From the NCBI RefSeq assembly GCF_025021925.1, contig NZ_CP092368.1, positions 330,001-362,000 on the forward strand: a stretch of 32,000 nt of DNA. The letters are read 5' to 3'. This DNA comes from Candidatus Saccharimonadota bacterium. Its GTDB lineage: Bacteria; Pseudomonadota; Alphaproteobacteria; Rickettsiales; Anaplasmataceae. Position 1 is the first letter of the stretch. Each line of letters starts with the position of its first letter. The notes beneath the pieces are model-generated. The model was not told the DNA's origin and searched no databases. It saw only the letters and a program-made list of their open reading frames with translations. The position numbers were made by a program, and so were the translations under genes. This document shows, in pieces, positions 23,375-32,000 of the stretch.

Positions 23375-23701
23375 TTACGTATAATAATTATCATTAATTG
23401 TACCAAACTGTTCTTCTATCTTGACTATTATAGATAATCCAACTGAAAATGTTGCAATTCCCACTACAATTGCAGTTAGCATTAATACATGTGGTACAGG
23501 ATGACTGTATATATCACAATCTGTCATGAATATTGGAGGTAAGGAACTTTTAATATATCCTAAGGAAATATAGAATAATAAAACAGATGCTTGCAAAATA
23601 CTTATTCCTGTCATTTTTTTGATTAAATTGTCATCATTTATGACAATAAATAAACCCAATATCATGAGAACGATCACAATGATATAATTAAATAAAACCA
23701 T
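23375..23701 (-). CDS. mrpC: Mrp/Mnh-type cation:proton antiporter complex subunit C (NuoK-like)
   Basis: 108 aa with three predicted TM helices. The NLIKKMTGISILQASVLLFYISLGY and LMLTAIVVGIATFSVGL blocks are typical of MnhC. The start overlaps the mrpB stop by 1 nt. Confidence 0.78.
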   Translation of the reverse strand: MVLFNYIIVIVLMILGLFIVINDDNLIKKMTGISILQASVLLFYISLGYIKSSLPPIFMTDCDIYSHPVPHVLMLTAIVVGIATFSVGLSIIVKIEEQFGTINDNYYT

Positions 23702-24117
23702 TACTCTCTCTTGAGAGAAAACTCTCTATATATTATTAACATGGATGTGCATACAGTAAATTGTACACCTAATTCTACTAAAAGTATACCAAGTTTTTGT
23801 CCAGTGATTATTCTATATGATAATGCATTATAAGATAAAAAATTTTTTCCAAATAACATAGGTATCATACCTGTACCTAAATAAATAAATATACCAAGCA
23901 CACTAACAAATTTCATTATAGAATAAGAGAATGTTTTGAGTGTAATCGAGATACCAAATATCATAGAATATAAGATTATTCCGGAGGAAGTAATAATACC
24001 TGCTTGAAAACCTCCACCTGGAGTGGAATCACTATGAAATAGTACATATAAACCGAATAAAATAATATATGGAATTATTAAAAATGCAACCATATTGAGT
24101 ATATAATCTTTATGCAT
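23701..24117 (-). CDS. mrpB: Mrp/Mnh-type antiporter complex subunit B
   Basis: 138 aa membrane protein with the MnhB hallmark TPGGGFQAGII. It overlaps the upstream gene by 8 nt. Confidence 0.8.
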   Translation of the reverse strand: MHKDYILNMVAFLIIPYIILFGLYVLFHSDSTPGGGFQAGIITSSGIILYSMIFGISITLKTFSYSIMKFVSVLGIFIYLGTGMIPMLFGKNFLSYNALSYRIITGQKLGILLVELGVQFTVCTSMLIIYREFSLKRE

Positions 24118-24643
24118 CGTATTGCTCTTTATCTTTTTTTAATATTAATGTTATACATAGTGCAGAAGTAAAGACTACTAAAATCTCTCCGAGAGTATCA
24201 TAACTACGAAAACTTGCTAAAATAGCTGTCACAATATTAGGAATACCAATTTCTTCTTGTGTTTTCTCTATGTAATTAGGTTTCATATTCATATGAATCG
24301 GAGTATCAGACATACCAAAAACTGGCATATAACTCATAAAATGAGTAATCAATATCATTAAAAATATCATTAAAATAATCCTGATAGGAGAATATCGAAT
24401 ATTGAGCTTATGTTTCTTAATCAAGCCGAGTCCAGTACATGTCAATACTGTACTCAATCCAGCCCCTACAGAAGCTTCAGTAAGCGCGACATCAGGTGCA
24501 TTAAGAGTGACATATGCAAGTGTATTGAGAACACTAAATACACACATTAGAATATTGGTGATCAATAAATGTTTAGAAAGTATTATATATACTGTTATTA
24601 TAATTAATATTAAGAGTAATATTGTATTTAAGACTTCAAACAC
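24110..24643 (-). CDS. MrpA C-terminal-like / DUF4040 (MbhD/E-like) membrane subunit
   Basis: 177 aa membrane protein. The block NAPDVALTEASVGAGLSTVL is the conserved DUF4040/MrpA C-terminal motif. It overlaps mrpG by 16 nt. Confidence 0.72.
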   Translation of the reverse strand: MFEVLNTILLLILIIITVYIILSKHLLITNILMCVFSVLNTLAYVTLNAPDVALTEASVGAGLSTVLTCTGLGLIKKHKLNIRYSPIRIILMIFLMILITHFMSYMPVFGMSDTPIHMNMKPNYIEKTQEEIGIPNIVTAILASFRSYDTLGEILVVFTSALCITLILKKDKEQYDA

Positions 24644-24936
24644 TTGTCAGTTTCTTTAGAACAATTCTTGTGATCTTGATAATATATATGAGCTAAAATA
24701 TAACTATTGGTTGCACTAGAAATCCAAATCATTATTACTAATAATAATATCTTAAAAGTATTAAATGCTAATTTATCTTGCATAATGAAGCCAATTAACA
24801 TCAATGTTGCTCCACTCGCATCTGTGATACAAGAGATATGTAATTTAGAATATAAATGATCAGAACATCGTATGATTCCTATATTTGCAATTCCTATGAA
24901 ACAAATTCCTAATATAATACAAATCTTGCCTATCAT
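24628..24936 (-). CDS. mrpG: Mrp/Mnh-type antiporter complex subunit G
   Basis: 102 aa with three TM helices. IGIIRCSDHLYSKLHISCITDASGATL matches the MnhG pattern (G.lR.pD.y.R.Ha..k..t.G). There is a 4-nt overlap with mrpF. Confidence 0.75.
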   Translation of the reverse strand: MIGKICIILGICFIGIANIGIIRCSDHLYSKLHISCITDASGATLMLIGFIMQDKLAFNTFKILLLVIMIWISSATNSYILAHIYYQDHKNCSKETDKCLKS

Positions 24937-25187
24937 CTAATATTTAATAATTTAAATTTCATAAGAGATATACTTGATAGTATACCTATACTGCTGTATA
25001 CAAGTGCAATATCAATTAAAAATTGAATATTATAAAGCACTGAAATTGACGTTATAAGCAAAATCACTTGTGTGATAAAATGATTAAAAACCAATACCTT
25101 AATATATATATTATGCGACTGAATCAACATTACAAGCAACATTACTAATAAAAAGAATAGTAATATGTAAATTATACATTTAATCAT
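24933..25187 (-). CDS. mrpF: Mrp/Mnh-type antiporter complex subunit F (probable)
   Basis: 84 aa with three TM helices. The C-terminal IDIALVYSSIGILSSISLMKF resembles the MrpF lDvaLv..ll.f.gt.a..r block, and the operon position is upstream of mrpG. The N-terminal GP..DR motif is not recognisable. Confidence 0.6.
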   Translation of the reverse strand: MIKCIIYILLFFLLVMLLVMLIQSHNIYIKVLVFNHFITQVILLITSISVLYNIQFLIDIALVYSSIGILSSISLMKFKLLNIR

Positions 25188-25235
25188 TTATAGTGCATGA
25201 ACTCTCTGTATGAACTTATAAAATATCATTATTTA

Positions 25236-25556
25236 CTAATGATCAGAAAAACTTTCTGTAAAATGCATTTTATCAATTTTATTTATTAAACTATAAGTTT
25301 TTGTATTATATACATTACTAGTCATATTCTCTTTACATCTCTCTACTAATAAATCAAATAATTCATATATATCTACTTCTTTATTTGCTATTTCATGCAA
25401 TGAAATGACTGTATTTTTATGCATCTTATACTTACTTGCTGGAATAGCATTTAGCACACCTGTATTGAGATCATAGGTTCTTTGGCTCGCTAATAAGAGT
25501 AATTTGAAACGATTATCAATATTTTCTATACACTTTTCTACGATAACGTCATTCAT
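25236..25556 (-). CDS. rpoZ: RNA polymerase omega subunit
   Basis: MNDVIVEKCIENIDNRFKLLLLASQRTYDL matches the omega N-terminal signature (V..C...v.NRF.Lvl.A..R). The track ORF begins at TTG 25601; ATG 25556 matches the family N-terminus. Confidence 0.85.
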   Translation of the reverse strand: MNDVIVEKCIENIDNRFKLLLLASQRTYDLNTGVLNAIPASKYKMHKNTVISLHEIANKEVDIYELFDLLVERCKENMTSNVYNTKTYSLINKIDKMHFTESFSDH

Positions 25557-26012
25557 AAATGATATATTTAAGACTAAATTTAGGTTAAACCTTAGTAGCA
25601 AAATAAGAAAAATTTGTCAAGTATTTTTCCAGTAAAAATATGTATTGCGTAATAAATTGTATATTTCGTGAATATTGTTTCATGTATTCAGAAATTTTAA
25701 TATGTATATAATATATGCATATTACACACTAAATCTAGTGTCTATGAATTTGCAATATAGTTGGTATATATTATAGTGATAAACTATGAAAATTTAATAC
25801 TTATAAAATATGATTGTGTCAAATGATGCGTATAATGACATAAACAATATTTGACTCTCTAAACTTGAATTGCTAGTTAATAATTTTATATTATTGTATA
25901 ATATTAAAGTTAAGTTACTATGATATCAGTGATTGTAATCAATATTATATCAAGAATTTATTGGAATATTGTGATTTTAATCTACACTGTGATATATTAA
26001 TAATATCATATT

Positions 26013-26504
26013 ATGTGTAATATTACAATATACAAAGATGTCGCTGTTGTTATGGGTAGTGAATCTGATAAAGTGACTATGAATCACTCTATCGAGATGT
26101 TACAAGTACTGAGAATTCCATATGAAGTATATATAATCTCTGCACATAGAACACCAGAAAGATTATTTAAATTTGCTAAATCTGCACAACAAGTAGGATT
26201 TAAAGTAATAATAGCAGGTGCAGGTGGTGCCGCTCACTTACCTGGAATGATTGCATCACTCACTTTTTTACCTGTTATTGGTGTACCTATTTGTAGTAAA
26301 TATCTAAATGGATTAGATAGCCTATTATCTATAGTACAAATGCCCAAAGGGGTGTCTGTATCTACTATGTCTATAGGAACAAGTGGCGCATATAATGCTG
26401 CTATCACTGCAGCATCGATATTAGCGTTATCTGATGATCAGATAGCATGTAGATTACATATATGGAGACAACAACAGACAAATGAAATTAAAGATAAGCC
26501 ATAA
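26013..26504 (+). CDS. purE: N5-carboxyaminoimidazole ribonucleotide mutase
   Basis: 163 aa. Supporting blocks: VAVVMGSESDKVTM, SAHRTPERL, IIAGAGGAAHLPGMIAS, PVIGVP. Confidence 0.92.
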   Translation: MCNITIYKDVAVVMGSESDKVTMNHSIEMLQVLRIPYEVYIISAHRTPERLFKFAKSAQQVGFKVIIAGAGGAAHLPGMIASLTFLPVIGVPICSKYLNGLDSLLSIVQMPKGVSVSTMSIGTSGAYNAAITAASILALSDDQIACRLHIWRQQQTNEIKDKP

Positions 26505-26539
26505 GTATGACTCTTTCGCAAGAAGTATTGATTTATATA

Positions 26540-26582
26540 GTATATGTCATATCATTATGTATGACATATACATAAATTTTTT
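26540..26582 (+). terminator. Putative intrinsic terminator downstream of purE
   Basis: A perfect 12-bp stem, GTATATGTCATA (26540-26551) and TATGACATATAC (26560-26571), with an 8-nt loop. A T6 run follows at 26577-26582, 36 nt after the purE stop. The stem is AT-rich, so its stability is modest. Confidence 0.5.
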
Positions 26583-26678
26583 AACAAAATTACTACTTAT
26601 GCTATTTATTCACTTAGTGAAATAGTAGTTTGTATGTATAAATATTATTAGATAAGTATTAAGCAAAAAGTTTAAGAT

Positions 26679-27863
26679 ATGAATATAAATAAGACTATAG
26701 AAATATGTGCACCAAACACCCTAGGAGGTGAATCTATTACGGAAGGAATAATAAAAATTAAAACGAACATTGGAGCGATTGTCAAGCTTGATGAACTGAT
26801 CTTTGAAATTGAAACTGATAAAACAGCACTAGAATTAACTGCAGAAGTCTCTGGGAAAATTACTAAAATATTTGTCGAAGAAGAGGAAATCATTAGTCCT
26901 GGTCAGATATTAGCAATTCTATCCGTAGAGGAACATATTGCAGAAAATACAAATGAACAAGAAAAATGCGTTATTCAATCTATACGATCATCTCCTGCAG
27001 CAAGTAAAATCATACAAGACACTGGTATTAATGCAGAAAGTATTAAAGGAACTGGAATTGATAAGAGAATAACAAAAGCAAATATTATAGATTATATTAA
27101 TACAAATCAAAGTTCTCTAATCACACAGAATCTTCAGTCAGTCAAAGAAATGAAAAATAATCATCGAACAGAAACACGAGTAAAAATGAGTCCTATTAGA
27201 AAAATAATTGCTTCTCGATTAAAGGACTCACAAAATACTGCTGCTATCTTAACTACATTTAATGAAATTAACATGACCAATGTGATTGATTTAAGAGCAA
27301 AATATAATGAAGTTTTTGAAAAGAAATACGGAGTTAAGCTTGGTTTTATGTCCTTTTTTATAAAAGCAGTAATACAATCTCTAAAAGAAATTCCTGAGAT
27401 TAATGCTGAAATTATAGGTGATGATATTATATATAAACATTATTATGATATAGGATGTGCAGTGAGCACAGATAAAGGACTAGTTGTACCAGTGATTAGG
27501 AATGCTCATCAGATGTCCTTTTCTGAAATTGAATTAACTATAGCCAATTTAAGTAAAAAAGCTCGCATAGGTAAGTTGCAAGTATTAGAAATGAAAGGAG
27601 CCACTTTCACTATTTCAAATGGTGGGATATATGGCTCTTTACTGTCTACTCCTATCATTAATCCTCCGCAATCTGGAATCCTAGGTATGCATGCAATACA
27701 AAAAAGACCAGTTGCTGTAAATAACGATATATTGATTAAATCTATGATGTACGTAGCACTATCATACGATCATAGAATAGTTGATGGTCAAAATGCAGTC
27801 ACTTTTCTTGTTAAGATTAAAAATTATATTGAAGATCCAAATAGATTACTTTTAGAAGTATAA
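26679..27863 (+). CDS. sucB: Dihydrolipoyllysine-residue succinyltransferase (E2 of 2-oxoglutarate dehydrogenase)
   Basis: 394 aa. Lipoyl domain ([17 protein letters not shown]), E3-binding domain ([32 protein letters not shown]), and catalytic domain ([46 protein letters not shown]). Confidence 0.92.
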   Translation: MNINKTIEICAPNTLGGESITEGIIKIKTNIGAIVKLDELIFEIETDKTALELTAEVSGKITKIFVEEEEIISPGQILAILSVEEHIAENTNEQEKCVIQSIRSSPAASKIIQDTGINAESIKGTGIDKRITKANIIDYINTNQSSLITQNLQSVKEMKNNHRTETRVKMSPIRKIIASRLKDSQNTAAILTTFNEINMTNVIDLRAKYNEVFEKKYGVKLGFMSFFIKAVIQSLKEIPEINAEIIGDDIIYKHYYDIGCAVSTDKGLVVPVIRNAHQMSFSEIELTIANLSKKARIGKLQVLEMKGATFTISNGGIYGSLLSTPIINPPQSGILGMHAIQKRPVAVNNDILIKSMMYVALSYDHRIVDGQNAVTFLVKIKNYIEDPNRLLLEV

Positions 27864-28200
27864 TATAATACAGAAGAGAGAGATCACAAGGTTTATCTCT
27901 CAGATTGCAAAACTTCAGATATTGATTAAGAAGTTATTACCATATTAAGAAATTTTAAACCAAAAGATGATCTTAGTATGATATAACAATCTTATTATTA
28001 AAGAATCACATAACATTTGAATTGTATGAATATTCAATTAAAGAAATAAAATATATTATATATCGAGAAATGACCAAATATATAAAATTATATTGTTATA
28101 TTATATACATTCATGAACAATCCGCTTAACATCCCTATATCATTGACGCATAATCATGCATAATATCATGATATAAAAAAATCTATTATTATTTAGTTTT

Positions 28201-30867
28201 ATGCTAGATTCGTTTTTGATTTTTACGATTATAACTATGTTCTGCATTTTTATATTATCGCTGTTTTTTATAAGAAAGATATTCAGTAATACAAATCACA
28301 TGATTTTAAAATCTTTCATGGAAATTGTACAGCATATTAATGCATTAGAACAAGAGATGAGAAATTTATCGAATCAAGAGCTTGCTAATAAAACTCAAGA
28401 ATTTAAACAAAAATTAGCAACAGGGAACACACTTGACAATATTCTTGTACCAGCATTTGCTGTTGTACGGGAAGCAGCTCGTAGATTTCTTAATATGAGA
28501 CACTTTGATGTTCAATTACTTGGTGGTATTACATTACATAATGGTATGATTTCTGAAATGAAAACAGGTGAGGGAAAAACATTAGTTGCAACTTTAGCAG
28601 CATATCTCAATGCCTTATCAGGCAAAGGAGTACATATTGTGACTGTAAATGATTATCTCGCAAAACGTGATATGGAATGGATGAGCAAATTATATCACGC
28701 ACTTGATATATCTGTATCCTACATTGTCAACGATTTAAAAGATAATGAAAGAAAAGAAGCATATAATGCAGATATCATTTACTCTACAAATAATGAGCTT
28801 GCATTTGATTATTTACGAGATAATATGAAATTCTCGAAGGAGGATATGGTACAAAGAGGCTTTCATTATGCAATAGTGGATGAAGTAGATGCAATATTAA
28901 TCGATGAAGCACGTACTCCACTGATTATTTCTGGACCAAGTGATCAGAATAACCAAATATATATTAATATAGATAGTATAATTACTCAATTAGTGACATC
29001 TGAGTATGAAATAGATGAAAAAAATAGAACTGTTTTTCTGACTGATAATGGTATTTCGAAAATTGAAGAATTATTAATTGAAGCTCATTTGATCAAGAAA
29101 AATTCCTCTCTATATGATACTAATAATATGAGAGTGATTCACTATATAGATCAAGCATTACGCGCTCATAAACTTTTCACAATTAATAAAGATTATATAG
29201 TCAAAGACAACAAGATAGTGATTATAGATGAATTTACTGGACGTATGGTAGAATCCAGAAGATATTCTGACGGTCTGCATCAGGCGCTTGAAGCAAAAGA
29301 GAAACTAAAGATTCAGCATGAAAATCAAACTTTAGCATCTGTAACATTTCAAAATTATTTTCGTATGTATAATAAACTCTCTGGTATGACTGGTACTGCT
29401 TCTACAGAAGCAGATGAATTATTAGATATATATAGACTCAATGTAGTACAAATTCCTACTAATGTGCCTGTACAAAGGATAGATCTTGATGATGAAATTT
29501 ACGGTACATCGCAAGAAAAATATAATGCTGTACTAACATTTATCACAAAGTGTCAAAAACGCTTACAACCTATACTTGTTGGGACAGCAAGTATAGAACA
29601 TTCTGAAAAACTATCTACTCTTTTACACAATCATTCCCTTAGGCATTCAGTGTTGAATGCCCGTTATCATGAGCAAGAAGCATATATAATAGCGCAAGCA
29701 GGAATACCAGGGAATATTACTCTAGCAACTAATATGGCAGGACGAGGCACTGATATTCAGCTTGGTGGAAATGTAGAGATGATTGCAAAACTAGAATTAC
29801 AGAATATAAAAAATCATGATGAAAGAAAGAAAAAATTTCAAGAAATATTTGATAGAGTACAAGCAAATAAAATGCTAGCTATAGCAGCTGGAGGATTATG
29901 TGTCATTGGTACAGAAAGACATGAAAGCAGAAGAATAGATGATCAATTACGTGGACGTTCTGGACGCCAAGGTGATCCTGGTTTATCTAAGTTCTTTTTA
30001 TCACTAGAAGATGATCTGATGAGAATATTTGGATCAGATAAAATGAGAAATTTTTTAAGGAAAGTAGGATTAAAGAATAATGAAGCAATTCATCATCCAT
30101 GGATTAATAAAGCTCTTGAAAAAGCACAAAAAAAAGTTGAAGCAAGACATTATGAAATTAGAAAATCTCTGTTAAAGTTTGACTATGTTATTAACAGTCA
30201 ACGTAAAGTAATTTTTGAACAAAGAAATCATATTATAGGTAATAGAGTTACTGATCTATATGAACTCTCTCAAGAAGTCAATAAAGCTACTATAGAAAAT
30301 ATAATAAAAAAAGGATATTACGAAGATTATATTGATAAAATAGCACAAGAATATGAGATAAGATATGGGATACAACTTGAAAAAACAGAATTATCACAGT
30401 GTTGTAATACAGAAGAGGCATTAGAGTATATTAATAAAAAGATACGTAATATTTTTACTTGTAAAGAAGAATATTGTAACAATCAAGAAAGTACAGATAT
30501 GTGGCATACTATAGTTAAACAAGTAATGATTACTACACTAGATCACTTATGGAGAATACATCTTTCAACTTTAGAAAGTTTAAGACAGAGTATGAATTTG
30601 CGTGCAATGGGTCAAAAAGATCCAATAAATGAATTTAAACGTGAGTCTTTTTTAATATTTGAATCTATGCTTGAAAAATGGAAAATATTGACAATTTCAC
30701 ATCTAGTGCACTGTACATTTACACATTATAAACAAGGAAGCATTGCGCAAGAAAATTCTACAATTGAGATTATTATGCCAAAAGTATCTAGAAATGCTAA
30801 ATGTCCATGTCATTCAGGTAAAAAGTTCAAACACTGTCATGGTAAGTTTAGTATCTCATACTCATAA
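28201..30867 (+). CDS. secA: Preprotein translocase ATPase SecA
   Basis: 888 aa. Supporting blocks: [70 protein letters not shown], and the C-terminal zinc motif [14 protein letters not shown]. The true start may be ATG 28237 ([20 protein letters not shown]...), which aligns better with canonical SecA N-termini. Confidence 0.94.
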   Translation: MLDSFLIFTIITMFCIFILSLFFIRKIFSNTNHMILKSFMEIVQHINALEQEMRNLSNQELANKTQEFKQKLATGNTLDNILVPAFAVVREAARRFLNMRHFDVQLLGGITLHNGMISEMKTGEGKTLVATLAAYLNALSGKGVHIVTVNDYLAKRDMEWMSKLYHALDISVSYIVNDLKDNERKEAYNADIIYSTNNELAFDYLRDNMKFSKEDMVQRGFHYAIVDEVDAILIDEARTPLIISGPSDQNNQIYINIDSIITQLVTSEYEIDEKNRTVFLTDNGISKIEELLIEAHLIKKNSSLYDTNNMRVIHYIDQALRAHKLFTINKDYIVKDNKIVIIDEFTGRMVESRRYSDGLHQALEAKEKLKIQHENQTLASVTFQNYFRMYNKLSGMTGTASTEADELLDIYRLNVVQIPTNVPVQRIDLDDEIYGTSQEKYNAVLTFITKCQKRLQPILVGTASIEHSEKLSTLLHNHSLRHSVLNARYHEQEAYIIAQAGIPGNITLATNMAGRGTDIQLGGNVEMIAKLELQNIKNHDERKKKFQEIFDRVQANKMLAIAAGGLCVIGTERHESRRIDDQLRGRSGRQGDPGLSKFFLSLEDDLMRIFGSDKMRNFLRKVGLKNNEAIHHPWINKALEKAQKKVEARHYEIRKSLLKFDYVINSQRKVIFEQRNHIIGNRVTDLYELSQEVNKATIENIIKKGYYEDYIDKIAQEYEIRYGIQLEKTELSQCCNTEEALEYINKKIRNIFTCKEEYCNNQESTDMWHTIVKQVMITTLDHLWRIHLSTLESLRQSMNLRAMGQKDPINEFKRESFLIFESMLEKWKILTISHLVHCTFTHYKQGSIAQENSTIEIIMPKVSRNAKCPCHSGKKFKHCHGKFSISYS

Positions 30868-31018
30868 TAATATTAGTAATATGACATAAGGCAGATGAAG
30901 TCAACCCGATTCAGACTTCGAATATATTTTCGTTAATACTTTGATCATTATACATATGAGTATTAATTGATGCGATATACACTATATTATAATATGTGTA
31001 TATATAATACTATTGATT

Positions 31019-32000
31019 ATGATATTTGTATATTCGGCATCTTGCATGCTCTCGTTCTTGTTATTTGTTTATATAATAGTACAAAAATTAAGAGACAAAG
31101 ATGCAGAATCGAAGACATATTTGTATCAGTTAGAGCAACAATTAGCAATTATACAACATAGTATAACAATTAAAAATAAAGAAATTACTGATTTAACAAT
31201 ACAAAAAGTACAACTTGATATTACATTACACACAGAACGTGAAGCACATAAAAAAGAAATCGAATTTCTCATTCAATCAGAAGAAAGAATTATTAATACC
31301 TTTAAACACCTCTCTATAGATGCATTACAGAAGAATAGTAATCATTTTATGAATTTAGCAAAAGATGTACTTGATAGTAAGATAAAAGAAACACACAGTG
31401 ATTTTACAATCCGAGAAGAAAAAATGCATGAAGTTGTCAGACCAATACAAGAAAGATTAGAAAAATTTGATAATGAAATACGTAGTCTTGAAAAAGAAAG
31501 GGCAGGAGCATATGCTGGAATGAGAGAACAGATTCTCTTACTCATTAATCAAACTACAAACCTTGCACATGCCTTAAGCAAACCGCATATTAGAGGAAAA
31601 TGGGGTGAAATGCAATTAAAAAGAGTAGTAGAAATGGCTGGAATGATAGAACATTGTGATTTTTTAACTCAACCAACAATACGAGATAAACATGAAGACA
31701 CTATATTACGACCTGATGTAGTCATTAAAATGCCATCTGGTAAGCAGATCATCATAGATGCGAAAGTGCCACTTGATTCTTATCTTGATGCTCTTGCTCA
31801 AAAGGATGTACAACTGCAAAAGATAAAACTCAAGCATCATGCACTTACTATCAAAAAACATATACAATCTCTTGCAAAAAAAGAGTATTGGAATCAATTT
31901 GATAATACACCAGAGCTTGTCATTCTCTTTCTTACAGGAGAAGGAGTATTTAGTGCAGCGCTAGAATATGAGCCATCTTTAATAGAGATTGGCATCGAAA
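31019..32000 (+). CDS. rmuC: DNA recombination protein RmuC (3' end runs off the window; absent from the supplied ORF track)
   Basis: Hand translation of frame 2 is open from 30971 to the window end. MIFVYSASCMLSFLLFVYIIV is an N-terminal TM helix, followed by a coiled-coil region. RmuC core blocks follow: KPHIRGKWGEMQLKRVVEMAGM, LRPDVVIKMPSGKQIIIDAKVPLDSY, KEYWNQFDNTPELVILFL. The start at ATG 31019 is the first ATG in frame; TTG 31013 is also possible. Confidence 0.85.
   Translation, partial: MIFVYSASCMLSFLLFVYIIVQKLRDKDAESKTYLYQLEQQLAIIQHSITIKNKEITDLTIQKVQLDITLHTEREAHKKEIEFLIQSEERIINTFKHLSIDALQKNSNHFMNLAKDVLDSKIKETHSDFTIREEKMHEVVRPIQERLEKFDNEIRSLEKERAGAYAGMREQILLLINQTTNLAHALSKPHIRGKWGEMQLKRVVEMAGMIEHCDFLTQPTIRDKHEDTILRPDVVIKMPSGKQIIIDAKVPLDSYLDALAQKDVQLQKIKLKHHALTIKKHIQSLAKKEYWNQFDNTPELVILFLTGEGVFSAALEYEPSLIEIGIE

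Noticed and set aside
27878-27901. A 7-bp hairpin (GAGAGAT...ATCTCTC) after sucB, and a similar 6-7 bp hairpin (GAAGTC...GACTTC, 30896-30920) after secA, as terminators
   Set aside because: The stems are short, the loops are 10-11 nt, and no proper T tract follows. This is too weak to annotate.
30967-31161. A 64-aa + strand ORF from the track
   Set aside because: It overlaps the rmuC 5' region in a different frame. The rmuC frame continues for more than 320 codons with family motifs, whereas this ORF has none.

Overview
This is a strongly AT-rich, gene-dense window. It reads as core chromosome of a reduced alphaproteobacterial endosymbiont, Rickettsiales/Anaplasmataceae-like. The lineage guess rests on protein motifs read by eye and on an in-frame rpoB-rpoC fusion, a trait known from Wolbachia and from Helicobacter; no search was run. 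I can support 26 protein-coding genes, one of them interrupted by a frameshift, and 2 tRNAs. In map order they are: rpoBC (5' partial), rsmH, map, def, a family-4 uracil-DNA glycosylase, pepA, tlyC/CorC-family, ubiX, folD, leuS, tRNA-Ser(UGA), mnmE, class I aldolase, tRNA-Cys(GCA), pyrD, rnc, rpoD, a five-gene Mrp small-subunit module, rpoZ, purE, sucB, secA, and a 3'-truncated rmuC that is missing from the ORF track. TGA is used as a stop (def), so the standard bacterial code applies. I found no rRNA, CRISPR array, IS/transposon, phage, toxin-antitoxin or defence genes, and no convincing novel multi-gene system; every sizeable ORF is a recognisable housekeeping gene. The observations most worth a second look are: (1) the beta-beta' fusion; (2) the UDG gene split by a frameshift inside an A10 tract; (3) a LeuRS whose CP1 editing-site motifs are degenerate while its synthetic-site motifs are intact; (4) an Mbh-ordered Mrp F-G-A(Cterm)-B-C module with no large antiporter subunits nearby; (5) an 840-bp non-coding spacer between map and def; and (6) a perfect 14-bp hairpin between tRNA-Ser and leuS.
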